A DNA stretch of 64,000 nt from Planococcus sp. (in: firmicutes) (GCA_041553775.1 JBFEIJ010000006.1:4037-68036); one strand, 5' to 3'; numbered from the stretch's first letter, positions 19,485-29,559 are shown. The notes: generated by a model from the letters alone, not told the origin. Program-made: numbers and translations.

Positions 19485-19850
19485 GGTAGTGCCTGATTAA
19501 GTCCTGTTACTGCCTGATAAAAATTCTTCTCCTATGTCGGTGGCATTTCGCTCAGGAGAAATGCGCTCTTGCCCTTAAGGAGCCGTTCGTGAACGGCTCT
19601 TCCATATAAGCTTTTGAACTTGGGGTGTGGAGCGGCACGAAATCGCTAGTGCCTGATAAAGTTGGAGTAATGCCTGATAAATTCCGCTTACTGCCGGATA
19701 ACCCAAAAAAGTTACCTGTTAAAACCCGGTTACTGCCTGATAACGAAAAATCCTCACCTATTAATATGCATTTCGCACGAGCGAAATGCGCTCCTATCGT
19801 TAAGTAGCTGTTCGTGAACGGCTCTTCCATACAAACTTTTGAACTTGGTT
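19485..19850 (+). repeat. Composite ~225-bp repeat, tandem array B (about 1.6 units), inverted relative to copy A
   Basis: GCCTGAT cores at 19491, 19512 and 19651, 19672, 19693, 19714, 19735 (21-bp period); palindrome pairs at 19543-19564/19580-19599 and 19768-19789/19805-19824. Confidence 0.9.
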
Positions 19851-19917
19851 CTTAGCACGACGCCCTATTACTTAACACTCAAAAGAAAAACCCGGAAGCG
19901 GCCGCTTCCGGGTTTGG

Positions 19918-21216
19918 TTATCGTGCCAATACATATTCGACGTATTTGCGCCAAGGTGTCGCTTTGGCGAATTCATAATCCGGCTGAACACTCGGGAAAG
20001 GCACAAAAATGCGGGGTGCCTTTTGGAAGTATTGCAGCTTTCTTTCATTCAACACGATCGATCCGGGAACGACGCCGCTGTCGAGCACCGCTTTGCCGCC
20101 GATATCAAATCCGATGACCACCGGGGCCAACTTGGCTTCGCCAGCCTCTGATAAGACAAAAGCGGATCCATTTTCCTCATAGCGATCGATTACAAATTTT
20201 TCCGGCAATGCGACTGCGTTCAATGCTTCATTGATGATAATTTGAGCGTTTGCACTGCTGCCGAGCGGCAATGCCGCTTCCACTTCAGGTCCGATGCCGA
20301 TCTGCACTTTGTAAAAGGCGATTGGATTCGCTTGCTCGATCGGGTCGAGCGCTTGGTAAGCTTCCAGCCATTGCGAAGGTGCCGCTGGAATCGCGTCCAC
20401 GCTTATAATGGTGCCCGGAACCGCTTGCGCTAAGCCTTCTGCTTGAACGAGCACCCGGCTATCAGCGGCCACTTCATGCCATTCGTCTTCCAATAAATAC
20501 GTTACAAACGTCTTTTCAGGCGAGTAAATCTCGACGCTGAATGGTTCTGTAGTGCGGTTGATTTTAGCAACGGTGCCTTCCACTGGGCTGATCAATGCAG
20601 GCGTTGACTGACTTTGGTTCAATTGCGCGTTGACAACTGCCAGCTGCGATTCAATCGCTGCCATGCGTTGTTCCGCTTGCGCAATGCCCGCCGCATAAGC
20701 ACCGTCTTGTGGTACTTCAACATCCACATTCAAATCCACATTGAAATTGACGGTGTTTCCACTTTCATCAGTTTGAGCTACTCCATCCGAGGTGCCACGT
20801 GACTCTCCTCCCCGATTAGTCGCACGAGCTGATTCCAGCGATGCTAAAGAACTTTGCACTTGCGTTTTTTCAGCTTCTAATGCTTTTTTTTCAGCTTCCC
20901 ATATTGCATGTTGTTCGCCAGATTCAGCTTTATTTAATGCCGCTAATTGAGAACCTGCTTGTACAAAATCGCCCTCTTCAACTAACCATCGCTCGATCGT
21001 CCGCGAATCCTGAACGTAAATTTGTACTGTGGAAAGTGGTGCCGCTACTGCTTCTTTCGGCAACATTTCTTCGTATTTGCCCGTGAACGCTTGCTCGTAT
21101 TCGCTGACATACACATTTTTATCAATAATGCTTTTTTCGCCAAACATTAATAATGCATTCGCTGAGATGAACGCCGTCACTGCCACGGAAAGGCCGATGA
21201 AAAAGAATTTATTCAA
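19918..21216 (-). CDS. Efflux membrane-fusion/adaptor protein (HlyD/YknX-like)
   Basis: N-terminal hydrophobic anchor, lipoyl half-motifs VEEGDFVQAG and ISPVEGTV, coiled coil; GAGGAGG RBS before the TTG at 21216. Confidence 0.8.
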   Translation of the reverse strand: MNKFFFIGLSVAVTAFISANALLMFGEKSIIDKNVYVSEYEQAFTGKYEEMLPKEAVAAPLSTVQIYVQDSRTIERWLVEEGDFVQAGSQLAALNKAESGEQHAIWEAEKKALEAEKTQVQSSLASLESARATNRGGESRGTSDGVAQTDESGNTVNFNVDLNVDVEVPQDGAYAAGIAQAEQRMAAIESQLAVVNAQLNQSQSTPALISPVEGTVAKINRTTEPFSVEIYSPEKTFVTYLLEDEWHEVAADSRVLVQAEGLAQAVPGTIISVDAIPAAPSQWLEAYQALDPIEQANPIAFYKVQIGIGPEVEAALPLGSSANAQIIINEALNAVALPEKFVIDRYEENGSAFVLSEAGEAKLAPVVIGFDIGGKAVLDSGVVPGSIVLNERKLQYFQKAPRIFVPFPSVQPDYEFAKATPWRKYVEYVLAR

Positions 21217-21901
21217 CAGAAGGACCTCCTCTCGTGAAATCGCTGAGCATTTCACCGAGCGGTATGTAGCTTAAAGAGGCTACTGCGAGCGCTACAAGAA
21301 TATGCAACACGATCAAACCGAATAAAATCAGCTTTGGTGAATACTTTGTGAAACTGCGGATATAGCGGTATTGAACCGCAATGATTAACGCCGTGAAGAT
21401 CGTCAATTGGTTAAAGAAATAAATAAGAATCGCGATGCCGACAAAAGTAGCTGCAAGCGGTCCGAATGAAAACAACGAAACCGGCATCGTATAGCCAACA
21501 AGCGCAAAAACAAAGAACGTTAATGCTTTCTCAACAACCAACAAGCTCACAACATATGCCTGCATGACAAGCGCTGAGCGCCAAGACATTTTCAAAAATT
21601 TCGAAAATAAAAAAGCGGACCCGTATAAATGGAATGCTAAATAGATTCCTGCCCAAATCAATGTTCCCGCAAGTGACGTCCACCGCGCCAATGTGTATTC
21701 GTCCCATTGACCTTGCGCTAAATATGGCGTCAATGATGTTGTATTCATGCCCCAAATTTCACGCAGCGCAAAAACCAAGATTCCAATTGTAAGAATCCAG
21801 CCGAGGCGTTTATTTAAGTGGCGCATTTCGCCATTTTGTAAGTTATGTATCAATTCACCTTGTCGGGTGAAATAATGCCAGAATCTAAAATCAAATATCA
21901 T
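21209..21901 (-). CDS. Multi-pass membrane protein (Yip1/YknW-like, tentative)
   Basis: About five hydrophobic segments; overlaps the start of the adaptor gene. Confidence 0.65.
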   Translation of the reverse strand: MIFDFRFWHYFTRQGELIHNLQNGEMRHLNKRLGWILTIGILVFALREIWGMNTTSLTPYLAQGQWDEYTLARWTSLAGTLIWAGIYLAFHLYGSAFLFSKFLKMSWRSALVMQAYVVSLLVVEKALTFFVFALVGYTMPVSLFSFGPLAATFVGIAILIYFFNQLTIFTALIIAVQYRYIRSFTKYSPKLILFGLIVLHILVALAVASLSYIPLGEMLSDFTRGGPSVE

Positions 21902-22096
21902 GTTAAGTGATTCCTTTCAACACCCGTATTAGTTTACTTTCATTATTTTACCAAAAAAACCTATGCTTTAAAACTGATAGTATTACCTAAATTTAAACAT
22001 GCTTACTTCACTCCATAAAAAACCGCAGCCAGCTCAGATTGTGTGAGCATGCCTGCGGTTCAATCCTATATAATTAAAGGATTTCTTATCGAACAA

Positions 22097-22324
22097 TTAT
22101 ACGATTTTGTATTTCTTATGCGAAATGACGGTCATGTTTGATGCCGCACCAATTTCTTTTGCGTCTTCTGGTGAAATTTCAACAATCACCGAGTTGTCCA
22201 TAATTTTAAAAATGGTTCCATTGACTTCCACGCCATTGCGTGTGAATGAAATCCACTCGCCAATTCTGCGGGCTGCTACAAATTCCGATACTTCTTTTTC
22301 ATGCGGTTGAAATGCCATCGTCAT
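22097..22324 (-). CDS. YkvS/DUF2187 family small protein
   Basis: IGEWISF..NG...G.I.K...NSVIVEI....TVISHKKYKI pattern. Confidence 0.7.
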   Translation of the reverse strand: MTMAFQPHEKEVSEFVAARRIGEWISFTRNGVEVNGTIFKIMDNSVIVEISPEDAKEIGAASNMTVISHKKYKIV

Positions 22325-22436
22325 CCACGCCTCTCTGTTTATAGAAACAATATCTAGTAATTATAACATAAATACGATGGAATTTCACCTTTTAATGCTG
22401 CTTGGGGATGCCGTGTTGCGCATCCCTTTTTACTGT

Positions 22437-23360
22437 TCACTCTACGCCCGGCAATACCGTCAGCGTCAATGCGTCCCCATCGAGGCGTGCCTTAGCACCA
22501 AGCGGTACAGAGAAATGCGGTTCGCAATGACCGATTTTAAAGCCTTTCACTACTGGGACTTTTAAATCGCTGAAATAATCGGCAAACACTTCATCCAAGC
22601 TTAACGAATGCGCCGGATCTTCCGGTGCTGCATTTTTAAAGTCACCGATGACGATGCCGGCGACTTCTTCAAATTTTCGGGCCATCCGTAATTGATTCAA
22701 TAACTCATCAACTTGATACGGCTCTTTGCCCGTATCTTCGATCAATAAAATCTTGCCTTTCGTATCCAACTCGAATTTGGTGCCAAGCGAACTTCTGATC
22801 GATGCCAAGTTGCCGCCAACCAATTCCCCTTCTCCTTGCCCGCGGACAAGCGCCTTTAGCGGCGATACTTCTTCGGTGTAATGCAATTCGAATGGGCCGA
22901 ACAATTGTCCGAACATCCTTCCGCTACGTTCATGAAATTCTTCCTTGCCGACGTCGGACGCTAGCATCGGTCCATGAAACGTTACAAGCTCCGCATACTG
23001 GCCAATCGCTGTATGCAAAAATGTAATATCCGAATAGCCCCAAAACACTTTAGGATTTTCCTTAATCATCCCAAAATCGATGCGATCTGCAATGCGCGAT
23101 GCGCCAAATCCACCGCCTGCGCAAATGATGCCTGCTACGGCCGGATCTTCGAACATTTCGTGCAAGTCAGCAAGTCGTGCGTCATCGTCGCCTGCTAGAT
23201 AGCCGCGCTCCGCTTCCACCGATTTGCCCATTTTCACGTTAAGTCCTAACGCTTCGAGAAACGGCAAGGCTTTTTGTAAATTCTCCACGTTTGGTGGGCT
23301 TGAAGGGGAAATGATACCAATTGTGTCCCCTTTTTGAAGTCGCTTTGGTGTAGTGCGCAT
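22437..23360 (-). CDS. S66 LD-carboxypeptidase (YkfA/LdcA-like)
   Basis: IISPSS, GGFGA, GYSDIT, HGPM, GGNL, IED, IGH motifs. Confidence 0.92.
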   Translation of the reverse strand: MRTTPKRLQKGDTIGIISPSSPPNVENLQKALPFLEALGLNVKMGKSVEAERGYLAGDDDARLADLHEMFEDPAVAGIICAGGGFGASRIADRIDFGMIKENPKVFWGYSDITFLHTAIGQYAELVTFHGPMLASDVGKEEFHERSGRMFGQLFGPFELHYTEEVSPLKALVRGQGEGELVGGNLASIRSSLGTKFELDTKGKILLIEDTGKEPYQVDELLNQLRMARKFEEVAGIVIGDFKNAAPEDPAHSLSLDEVFADYFSDLKVPVVKGFKIGHCEPHFSVPLGAKARLDGDALTLTVLPGVE

Positions 23361-23809
23361 AATCATCCACTCCTATTTTCAGTTATGTACTCATCTAGCA
23401 TAACGTTTCCAAAAGATTTTGGCATGCATCGCGAATTTCGTTATTTCACTGCTAATGCGTCAGCATTCCAACTAGCAATCCTGTGGTGCAGGTCTTCTTC
23501 CATTTTTACCTGTTAAAATCCCTATACTAATAATTTATGAGCGTTTAAATGTGTGATTACCAATTCTTTTGACCTATCTCAATCTATGAATTGGTTCACC
23601 CTTTTAATTACAAGCCCTAGAGCGACTAGGTTCATACCATTTTCAATTGAAAATTTAGCTATTTTAGAATATTTAGTTATTTCTATTCATGATAATAATT
23701 TTATGTACCTTTATAATAAAAACAAGACATATAGATATCTGAAAAGTCGAATTACATCGACGGGTATCAGTCAAAGAAAAAGAAACCATTGAAAAAGGGG
23801 CGGATTGAG

Positions 23810-23914
23810 ATGAATTTTGACAAATTACTTGAATTGAGTTGGGAAGATTTAGCGTTGGGGATCGGTGGTTCTGCACTTGTCATGTTTGTTATCAATTATG
23901 TCACTTTGCTGTAA
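23810..23914 (+). CDS. Small (34 aa) putative membrane peptide, not in the ORF track
   Basis: MNFDKLLELSWEDLALGIGGSALVMFVINYVTLL*; AAAGGGG RBS-like sequence; TATAAT at about 23712; hairpin at about 23938-23974. Confidence 0.55.
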   Translation: MNFDKLLELSWEDLALGIGGSALVMFVINYVTLL

Positions 23915-24053
23915 CCCAAAACTTATGACTGTATTCTAAAGCCCTTATCCGGTACCTAGCGGAAAGGGCTTTTTACTGTTTTTGGACACACAAAAACGCC
24001 TGTCCATTTTTTCTGAGTGTGGACAGGCGTTTATCCATTGGCTGCTTTCACTT

Positions 24054-24554
24054 TTAAAAACCTCCATTTTCCTGTTTTTCGAGCAATTGTTTTTCAAGCA
24101 TTTCTTTTTCAAGCAATTGCTGTTCGAGTAATTTTTTGAACATGGCTTCATCGTGCGTTTCTAGCGCATAGTCAATCATTCGATCAAAATTTTCCTTCTC
24201 CAGAAGCTTAATCGCTTCTTCCGCTTCCTCTCGCGTTTGTTCGTTCACTCCATGCACTCCCGCTTTTTCTTCTTGCAGGATCGCTTGTAGATGCGTGTGG
24301 ATATCCGATACCAACAACAACTGGTAAAGGGGCAAGCGGATAAATCTATTGCCTTTTTGGAACACAAACACTTCAGATAGATTTTCCACTTGGAGAGTAT
24401 TTAAATTGACGATGATTTCTTTTCCTTCAACCGGTATAAAGTGGAACAATTCATCATCTTTCAAGATTGAGAAATATTGATAGGCAAATACGAACTTTAC
24501 CAAGTGTCCTTCTTTTTTTGTATAGAAAGGTTTCATCAATTTAACTTGCAGCAT
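24054..24554 (-). CDS. IDEAL-domain-containing protein
   Basis: C-terminal MIDYALETHDEAMFKKL matches the IDEAL motif; GGGGGAG RBS. Confidence 0.75.
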   Translation of the reverse strand: MLQVKLMKPFYTKKEGHLVKFVFAYQYFSILKDDELFHFIPVEGKEIIVNLNTLQVENLSEVFVFQKGNRFIRLPLYQLLLVSDIHTHLQAILQEEKAGVHGVNEQTREEAEEAIKLLEKENFDRMIDYALETHDEAMFKKLLEQQLLEKEMLEKQLLEKQENGGF

Positions 24555-24649
24555 GTCACTCCCCCCCTTTTTGGATAATAATTTTGAAAATTCTTACTAC
24601 AATTAGTATATCATAAATTTCTTATTTTGGATATAAAAAAGCACAAGGA

Positions 24650-25021
24650 TTATCCCCTCATGCCAACTACTTTTTCAGATGTTTTTTTAGAGAAAATGAC
24701 GAAATTCATTTCCTTTTCCGAAGTGCTAAGCACCGCCTTTTCCAATAAATACTGAAGAAATTTTGTGAATTCTCGGTCGCTCATTTCTCCCTTATGGATA
24801 GTTATTCGGTTAGACGTAAAATCAATTTCGGCTGATTTCTGCGCCCCTTCTATAGATTCCAAGCTTTTCATCACGACTTTGCTGCCGGAAGATTCCACAG
24901 ACCAACTGATCTTTTCGTAATTCCCAGATCGAGAAGGTCCGTATGCTTGCCACCCAAACACGCTTTCTTGCTTTAGCAAATAACTGATTTCTGGAATTTC
25001 CAATACAAAAGATTGACTCAT
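24650..25021 (-). CDS. Hypothetical protein
   Basis: 123-aa ORF with GGAGG RBS; no recognisable family. Confidence 0.6.
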   Translation of the reverse strand: MSQSFVLEIPEISYLLKQESVFGWQAYGPSRSGNYEKISWSVESSGSKVVMKSLESIEGAQKSAEIDFTSNRITIHKGEMSDREFTKFLQYLLEKAVLSTSEKEMNFVIFSKKTSEKVVGMRG

Positions 25022-25266
25022 CACAATCCTCCAATCGAATTTTTCATGAATCTTTTCACTCTTATTAATTCCAAATAAATTCCAATAATTGAAAAATTTC
25101 TATTATTCATTTGATGCTATCTTCATTTCTTTCTTATATGCCCCTCATATACGCCAATTTATGCACCTGTGAACAAGCATTACAAGATAATACTTGGTGT
25201 TCATCGTTTACGCCACCATTTTAAAGCCGTATAATAGAAGGAAAGTTTTTATTTGGAGCGATGCAT

Positions 25267-26799
25267 ATGGCTACAGTCCAGTCTTTAGCAAAAAGATTCG
25301 ATGATACGATCTACAATTATATGGCTGCTATCGACAAATCACTCACTCCATCACGGGAATCGGATGAGGAAATGGTTCGAAAAGCAGTCTTTTTAGTGCG
25401 CCACGATGGCGTACAAATACTGTCATTCAATGAAGAACGGCTATTACTTGAAGCTATCGTCAAAGATGCCCATACGGTGAAGGTCGTTTTGAATTTCGAA
25501 AAACTAAATGCCGTTTGCGCTTGTCCTCAACCCGACATGTGCCGTCACAGGCTTGCGGTCATTTTTTCGCTGTATCAGAAAATCGGTTCCTTATCGGAAT
25601 GGGTTGCCAATTGGCGCGCCCAGCAAAGCAGTCAATCGAAGATGTTGGCGGAAAAACGGTCACCGGAGCAATGGACGCAAATTATCAAAAGTGTCTGGCG
25701 GGACCCGGTTCCGGATTACACAACACGTAATTATTTCTATTTTGAGCAGATGTTTGAAGGACGCTTGAAAAATGCGTTATCGTTCGTGCCGCTTGAACGC
25801 GAATGGAAAGTGTTTTACCGCACGTATGCCCATTTAATTTCCTTGATGGAAGTATGGGATACGTTTATCGCCGGTACGGAAGAAGTCCATCATTCGTTTT
25901 TCAAAACTTGGTTCGAAGATGAATTGCACGCACTGAATGATTTGCTTGAACAATTGCGCGTGCAGCATCGTACATTCGAAGCTGATGCTTTTTTAGATCA
26001 TTTAAGAAAATTGGTGCGCGCATTTATTGAAACGAAAAACGGGTCGTTTTCACAACGCTTCACCGTCTATCGACTGTTTTGGACGTCACTGTTCACCTCC
26101 GATAAATTGCGCAGCAATGAGGCTACAGCTTTTGCTAAGCCGGATCATCGCATCACGGCGTTTTTCTCTATTTTGTCCGGCGATGACGTTGTCGTTCAAA
26201 AAATCGCGCCTGCCGAAACTGCCGATTGGGTACAGCTTGCCGTTCAGGCAGAAACTGAGCGTCATCAACAAGCATTAACCGCTATTTTAATGGCCATCAA
26301 ACCGCACGTGAAAACGTATTTGTTTGAAGGCCTCTATACGCAATACCGCCATCAGTATGTGCGCATATTGAGCCGTCTTTTTTCACAAATTCAATTAAGT
26401 GAAACGGATTGGGAAGATCTGTTTAAACAATTTGGGCATTATGGATTGCCGGCTTATTCTACCTACTTGATCGAGAAGCAATTATACAAACAATGGGCAG
26501 AACTTCATCATCTTCACAATTCTCCGCTTTATTTCGTAGAGGAATGCGGTTTAAAAGATGTGCAAGACGCCGCTCCTGATTATGTTCTTCCGCTTTATCA
26601 TCGGTATGCGATGGATTTCCTGGAAGAGCGCAATCGTCCCGGCTATAAACAAGCCGTTCGGATTTGGAAAAAGATGAAAGCGGCCTGTAAGAAAAGCGGT
26701 CAACTGGAATTCTGGAACGCGTACATGACAGAAGTGCGTACACAGAACAAGCGCCTGCGGGCATTACAGGAAGAGATCGAGAAAGGACATCTTCTATGA
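25267..26799 (+). CDS. SWIM zinc-finger protein (YwqB-like)
   Basis: CACPQPDMCRH SWIM motif, helical C-terminus ending RLRALQEEI; overlaps the SNF2 start. Confidence 0.85.
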   Translation: MATVQSLAKRFDDTIYNYMAAIDKSLTPSRESDEEMVRKAVFLVRHDGVQILSFNEERLLLEAIVKDAHTVKVVLNFEKLNAVCACPQPDMCRHRLAVIFSLYQKIGSLSEWVANWRAQQSSQSKMLAEKRSPEQWTQIIKSVWRDPVPDYTTRNYFYFEQMFEGRLKNALSFVPLEREWKVFYRTYAHLISLMEVWDTFIAGTEEVHHSFFKTWFEDELHALNDLLEQLRVQHRTFEADAFLDHLRKLVRAFIETKNGSFSQRFTVYRLFWTSLFTSDKLRSNEATAFAKPDHRITAFFSILSGDDVVVQKIAPAETADWVQLAVQAETERHQQALTAILMAIKPHVKTYLFEGLYTQYRHQYVRILSRLFSQIQLSETDWEDLFKQFGHYGLPAYSTYLIEKQLYKQWAELHHLHNSPLYFVEECGLKDVQDAAPDYVLPLYHRYAMDFLEERNRPGYKQAVRIWKKMKAACKKSGQLEFWNAYMTEVRTQNKRLRALQEEIEKGHLL

Positions 26800-29519
26800 A
26801 TCAATTTCAGACAGAAGGAAGCAAAACCTATTATCTAAAAATCAGCCGCGACGAGGAGTTCCGCATTCAGGCGACCAACGAAGCGGGAAATCGCATTCCT
26901 CCTGAAATCTGGAAACCGTATCTTTATTTTTTGGATAAAGCGAGTTTTTACGGGTTGAATTCGCGCATCGATGGATTGGATTTGATCTTGACGCCTGCTG
27001 AATTTGTCCGTTTGTTTCAGCAAACGCCCCATCATTATGTGGCGTTTCTCGGGCAAGGGGCATCGGATGAAGCATGGTTAGATCTCGCTTCACGCGTTTC
27101 TGATTCGCTGAACGATCCGGAATTATGGAATCATATCGACGTTGAAGGTGAAGAAATCATCATCCGTGATTCATATGGCGATGCAGAAATCCAATCGTTC
27201 TTAGCAGATACCATTCGTCATCAATTGCGTCAAAAAGGTCTAACGCCTGCTCAATTGCCGTTTATCAGCCATTTCGTCCAACAAGTTGGCTGGGACGGCT
27301 TGCCGGTCGCTGACGATTACGTCCTGGCCGCACAATTGAGTGAGCCTGATGAAGATGCCTTTTGGACTTTCAAAATCGTGTTGCGCTCAAAACGCGGGTC
27401 GGTTTACTGGGCTCCGACAAAGCGCCGCATGAATGAACCGTTCGACAAAGTGCTGCCTGAAAAATGGCGTGCTCATGCAGACGAAATCCAAGAACGGCAA
27501 TCACTTGTTTTAAGCCTCTGCCCTGCAGTGGAATATTTTGAAAGCGACCGCTTCTATCACGCGGAATGGACCGATGCGCAAGTACTCGATTTCCTTCGCA
27601 ACGACGCGGAGATTTTGCAGTCGTTCGGCATTGAAGTGTCGATCCCGTCTTGGCTCAAAGCTGTTCAGGAATCCAAAGTGCGTGTCAAAGCGAATGTCCA
27701 CTCGCCGATCAAGAAAGCTTCTGTTGTCGGACTTGATCAAATCATCCGCTTTGATTGGCAGTTTTCGTTGAATGGACACGAGTTGAGCATGCAGGACTTT
27801 AACCAGCTTGTGTCCGAAAACAAGGAGTTTATCCGCATCGGCAACGAATGGGTGCGTGTGGACTCTGCTCTTCTCATGCAATTGCGGAAAATGATTGAAG
27901 AAGCGGAAGATGCCGATTGGACCATCAAAGACATGTTGTTCCAAAATGTTCCCGAAATCATGTTAGAAGAAAATATCGAAGAAGACGACCCGCTTGTTGA
28001 GTTCCACCTGAACAAGTCGCTGCGTTCGCTTCTAGATAAATTGTTGGATAAACGGGACTTGCCGTCGACGCCGATCCCTACCAATCTGCATACCGAGCTT
28101 CGCCCTTATCAAAAAACCGGATTCGATTATTTGGTCTTCATGCGCGAAGAAGGTTTTGGCTTGTGCCTTGCGGATGATATGGGACTCGGGAAAACTGTTC
28201 AGCTTATCGCATACTTGCTGCATATTCATCGCCAGAATTCCGATCAGCCGTCATTGATCATCTGCCCGACTTCTGTGCTTGGCAATTGGCAGAAAGAACT
28301 CGAGCGGTTTGCCCCTGATTTGAAAGTAGGCATGCATTACGGCAGCACGCGTCCAAAAGGCGAACAGTTTACAAAATACTTAGAGACCGAGCGTCCGGAT
28401 GTATTATTGTCGACGTACGGCATCGCTGCTTCCGATGCTGAAGAAATGCAAAGCATTCAATGGACCAGCATTACACTCGATGAAGCGCAAAATATCAAGA
28501 ATATGTACACGAAACAATCGCGTACGATTCGCAAATTCAAAGGCGGGCATCATATCGCTCTTACCGGGACGCCGATTGAAAATCGCTTGTCTGAATTATG
28601 GTCGATTTTCGACTTTATTAATAAAGGTTACCTTTACCGGATCAAGCAATTCCAAGAAAACTTCATGATTCCGATTGAGCGGGATGATTCGGAGGACCAT
28701 AAAGAAAAATTGCGTCAACGAATTCAACCTTTCTTGCTGCGTCGTACAAAGAAAGATCCAGATTTGCAGCTGAACCTTCCAGAGAAATTGGAGCAATTGG
28801 AATATTGTCCGTTAACACCTGAGCAAGCCGCGCTTTATGAGGGACTTGTGCAGGATACGGTGCAGAAAATGGAGACGCTCACAGGTTTCGAGAAAAAAGG
28901 ACTTGTGCTGAAAATGCTCAGCAAGCTGAAGCAATTATGTAATCACCCATCGTTGTATTTAAAAGAACCATACACCAATGCAGATGAAGTTCTTCCTCGA
29001 TCCCAAAAGCTGGAGCGCATTGTGACTCTTGCGGGGGAAATTGCAGAACGCGGGGAACAATGTTTGATCTTCACTCAATATATTGGGATGGGCCATCTTC
29101 TGCAGCAAGCCATCAATGAACTATACGGCCATGAAGTGCCATTTTTAACTGGCAGCATGCCAAAAAATCAGCGTGATTCGCTGGTGGCTGCTTTCCAAGC
29201 AGGGAAATTCCCGATTTTCATTTTGTCGCTGAAAGCTGGCGGTACCGGACTTAACTTGACCGCGGCCACGCATGTTCTTCACGCGGACAGATGGTGGAAC
29301 CCAGCTGTTGAAAATCAAGCGACGGACCGGGCTTACCGGATCGGGCAAACGCAATTTGTGCATGTCCATAAATTTGTGACAATCGGAACCATCGAAGAAA
29401 AAATCGATTCGCTGTTGACTCAAAAGCAATCGATGTCGGAACAATTTATCCAGTCAAGCCAGTGGATGACTGAGCTATCCGATACTGAACTCAAAGAGTT
29501 GTTCACTTATAATTTGTAA
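26796..29519 (+). CDS. SNF2-family helicase/ATPase (YwqA-like)
   Basis: LADDMGLGKT, DEAQ, TGTPIEN, SLKAGGTGLNL, WWNPAVENQATDRAYRIGQ. Confidence 0.93.
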   Translation: MNQFQTEGSKTYYLKISRDEEFRIQATNEAGNRIPPEIWKPYLYFLDKASFYGLNSRIDGLDLILTPAEFVRLFQQTPHHYVAFLGQGASDEAWLDLASRVSDSLNDPELWNHIDVEGEEIIIRDSYGDAEIQSFLADTIRHQLRQKGLTPAQLPFISHFVQQVGWDGLPVADDYVLAAQLSEPDEDAFWTFKIVLRSKRGSVYWAPTKRRMNEPFDKVLPEKWRAHADEIQERQSLVLSLCPAVEYFESDRFYHAEWTDAQVLDFLRNDAEILQSFGIEVSIPSWLKAVQESKVRVKANVHSPIKKASVVGLDQIIRFDWQFSLNGHELSMQDFNQLVSENKEFIRIGNEWVRVDSALLMQLRKMIEEAEDADWTIKDMLFQNVPEIMLEENIEEDDPLVEFHLNKSLRSLLDKLLDKRDLPSTPIPTNLHTELRPYQKTGFDYLVFMREEGFGLCLADDMGLGKTVQLIAYLLHIHRQNSDQPSLIICPTSVLGNWQKELERFAPDLKVGMHYGSTRPKGEQFTKYLETERPDVLLSTYGIAASDAEEMQSIQWTSITLDEAQNIKNMYTKQSRTIRKFKGGHHIALTGTPIENRLSELWSIFDFINKGYLYRIKQFQENFMIPIERDDSEDHKEKLRQRIQPFLLRRTKKDPDLQLNLPEKLEQLEYCPLTPEQAALYEGLVQDTVQKMETLTGFEKKGLVLKMLSKLKQLCNHPSLYLKEPYTNADEVLPRSQKLERIVTLAGEIAERGEQCLIFTQYIGMGHLLQQAINELYGHEVPFLTGSMPKNQRDSLVAAFQAGKFPIFILSLKAGGTGLNLTAATHVLHADRWWNPAVENQATDRAYRIGQTQFVHVHKFVTIGTIEEKIDSLLTQKQSMSEQFIQSSQWMTELSDTELKELFTYNL

Positions 29520-29523
29520 AATG

Positions 29524-29559
29524 ATTCGGCCAGGCCCCCACCTGGCCGAATTCTTTTTT
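29524..29559. terminator. Terminator between convergent genes
   Basis: ATTCGGCCAGG-cccca-CCTGGCCGAAT followed by a T run. Confidence 0.75.

Noticed and set aside
19552-19830. 92-aa ORF (and 19625-19807) as real genes
   Set aside because: They lie entirely within the composite repeat. The 21-bp period and 225-bp unit keep frames open by construction, and there is no convincing RBS.
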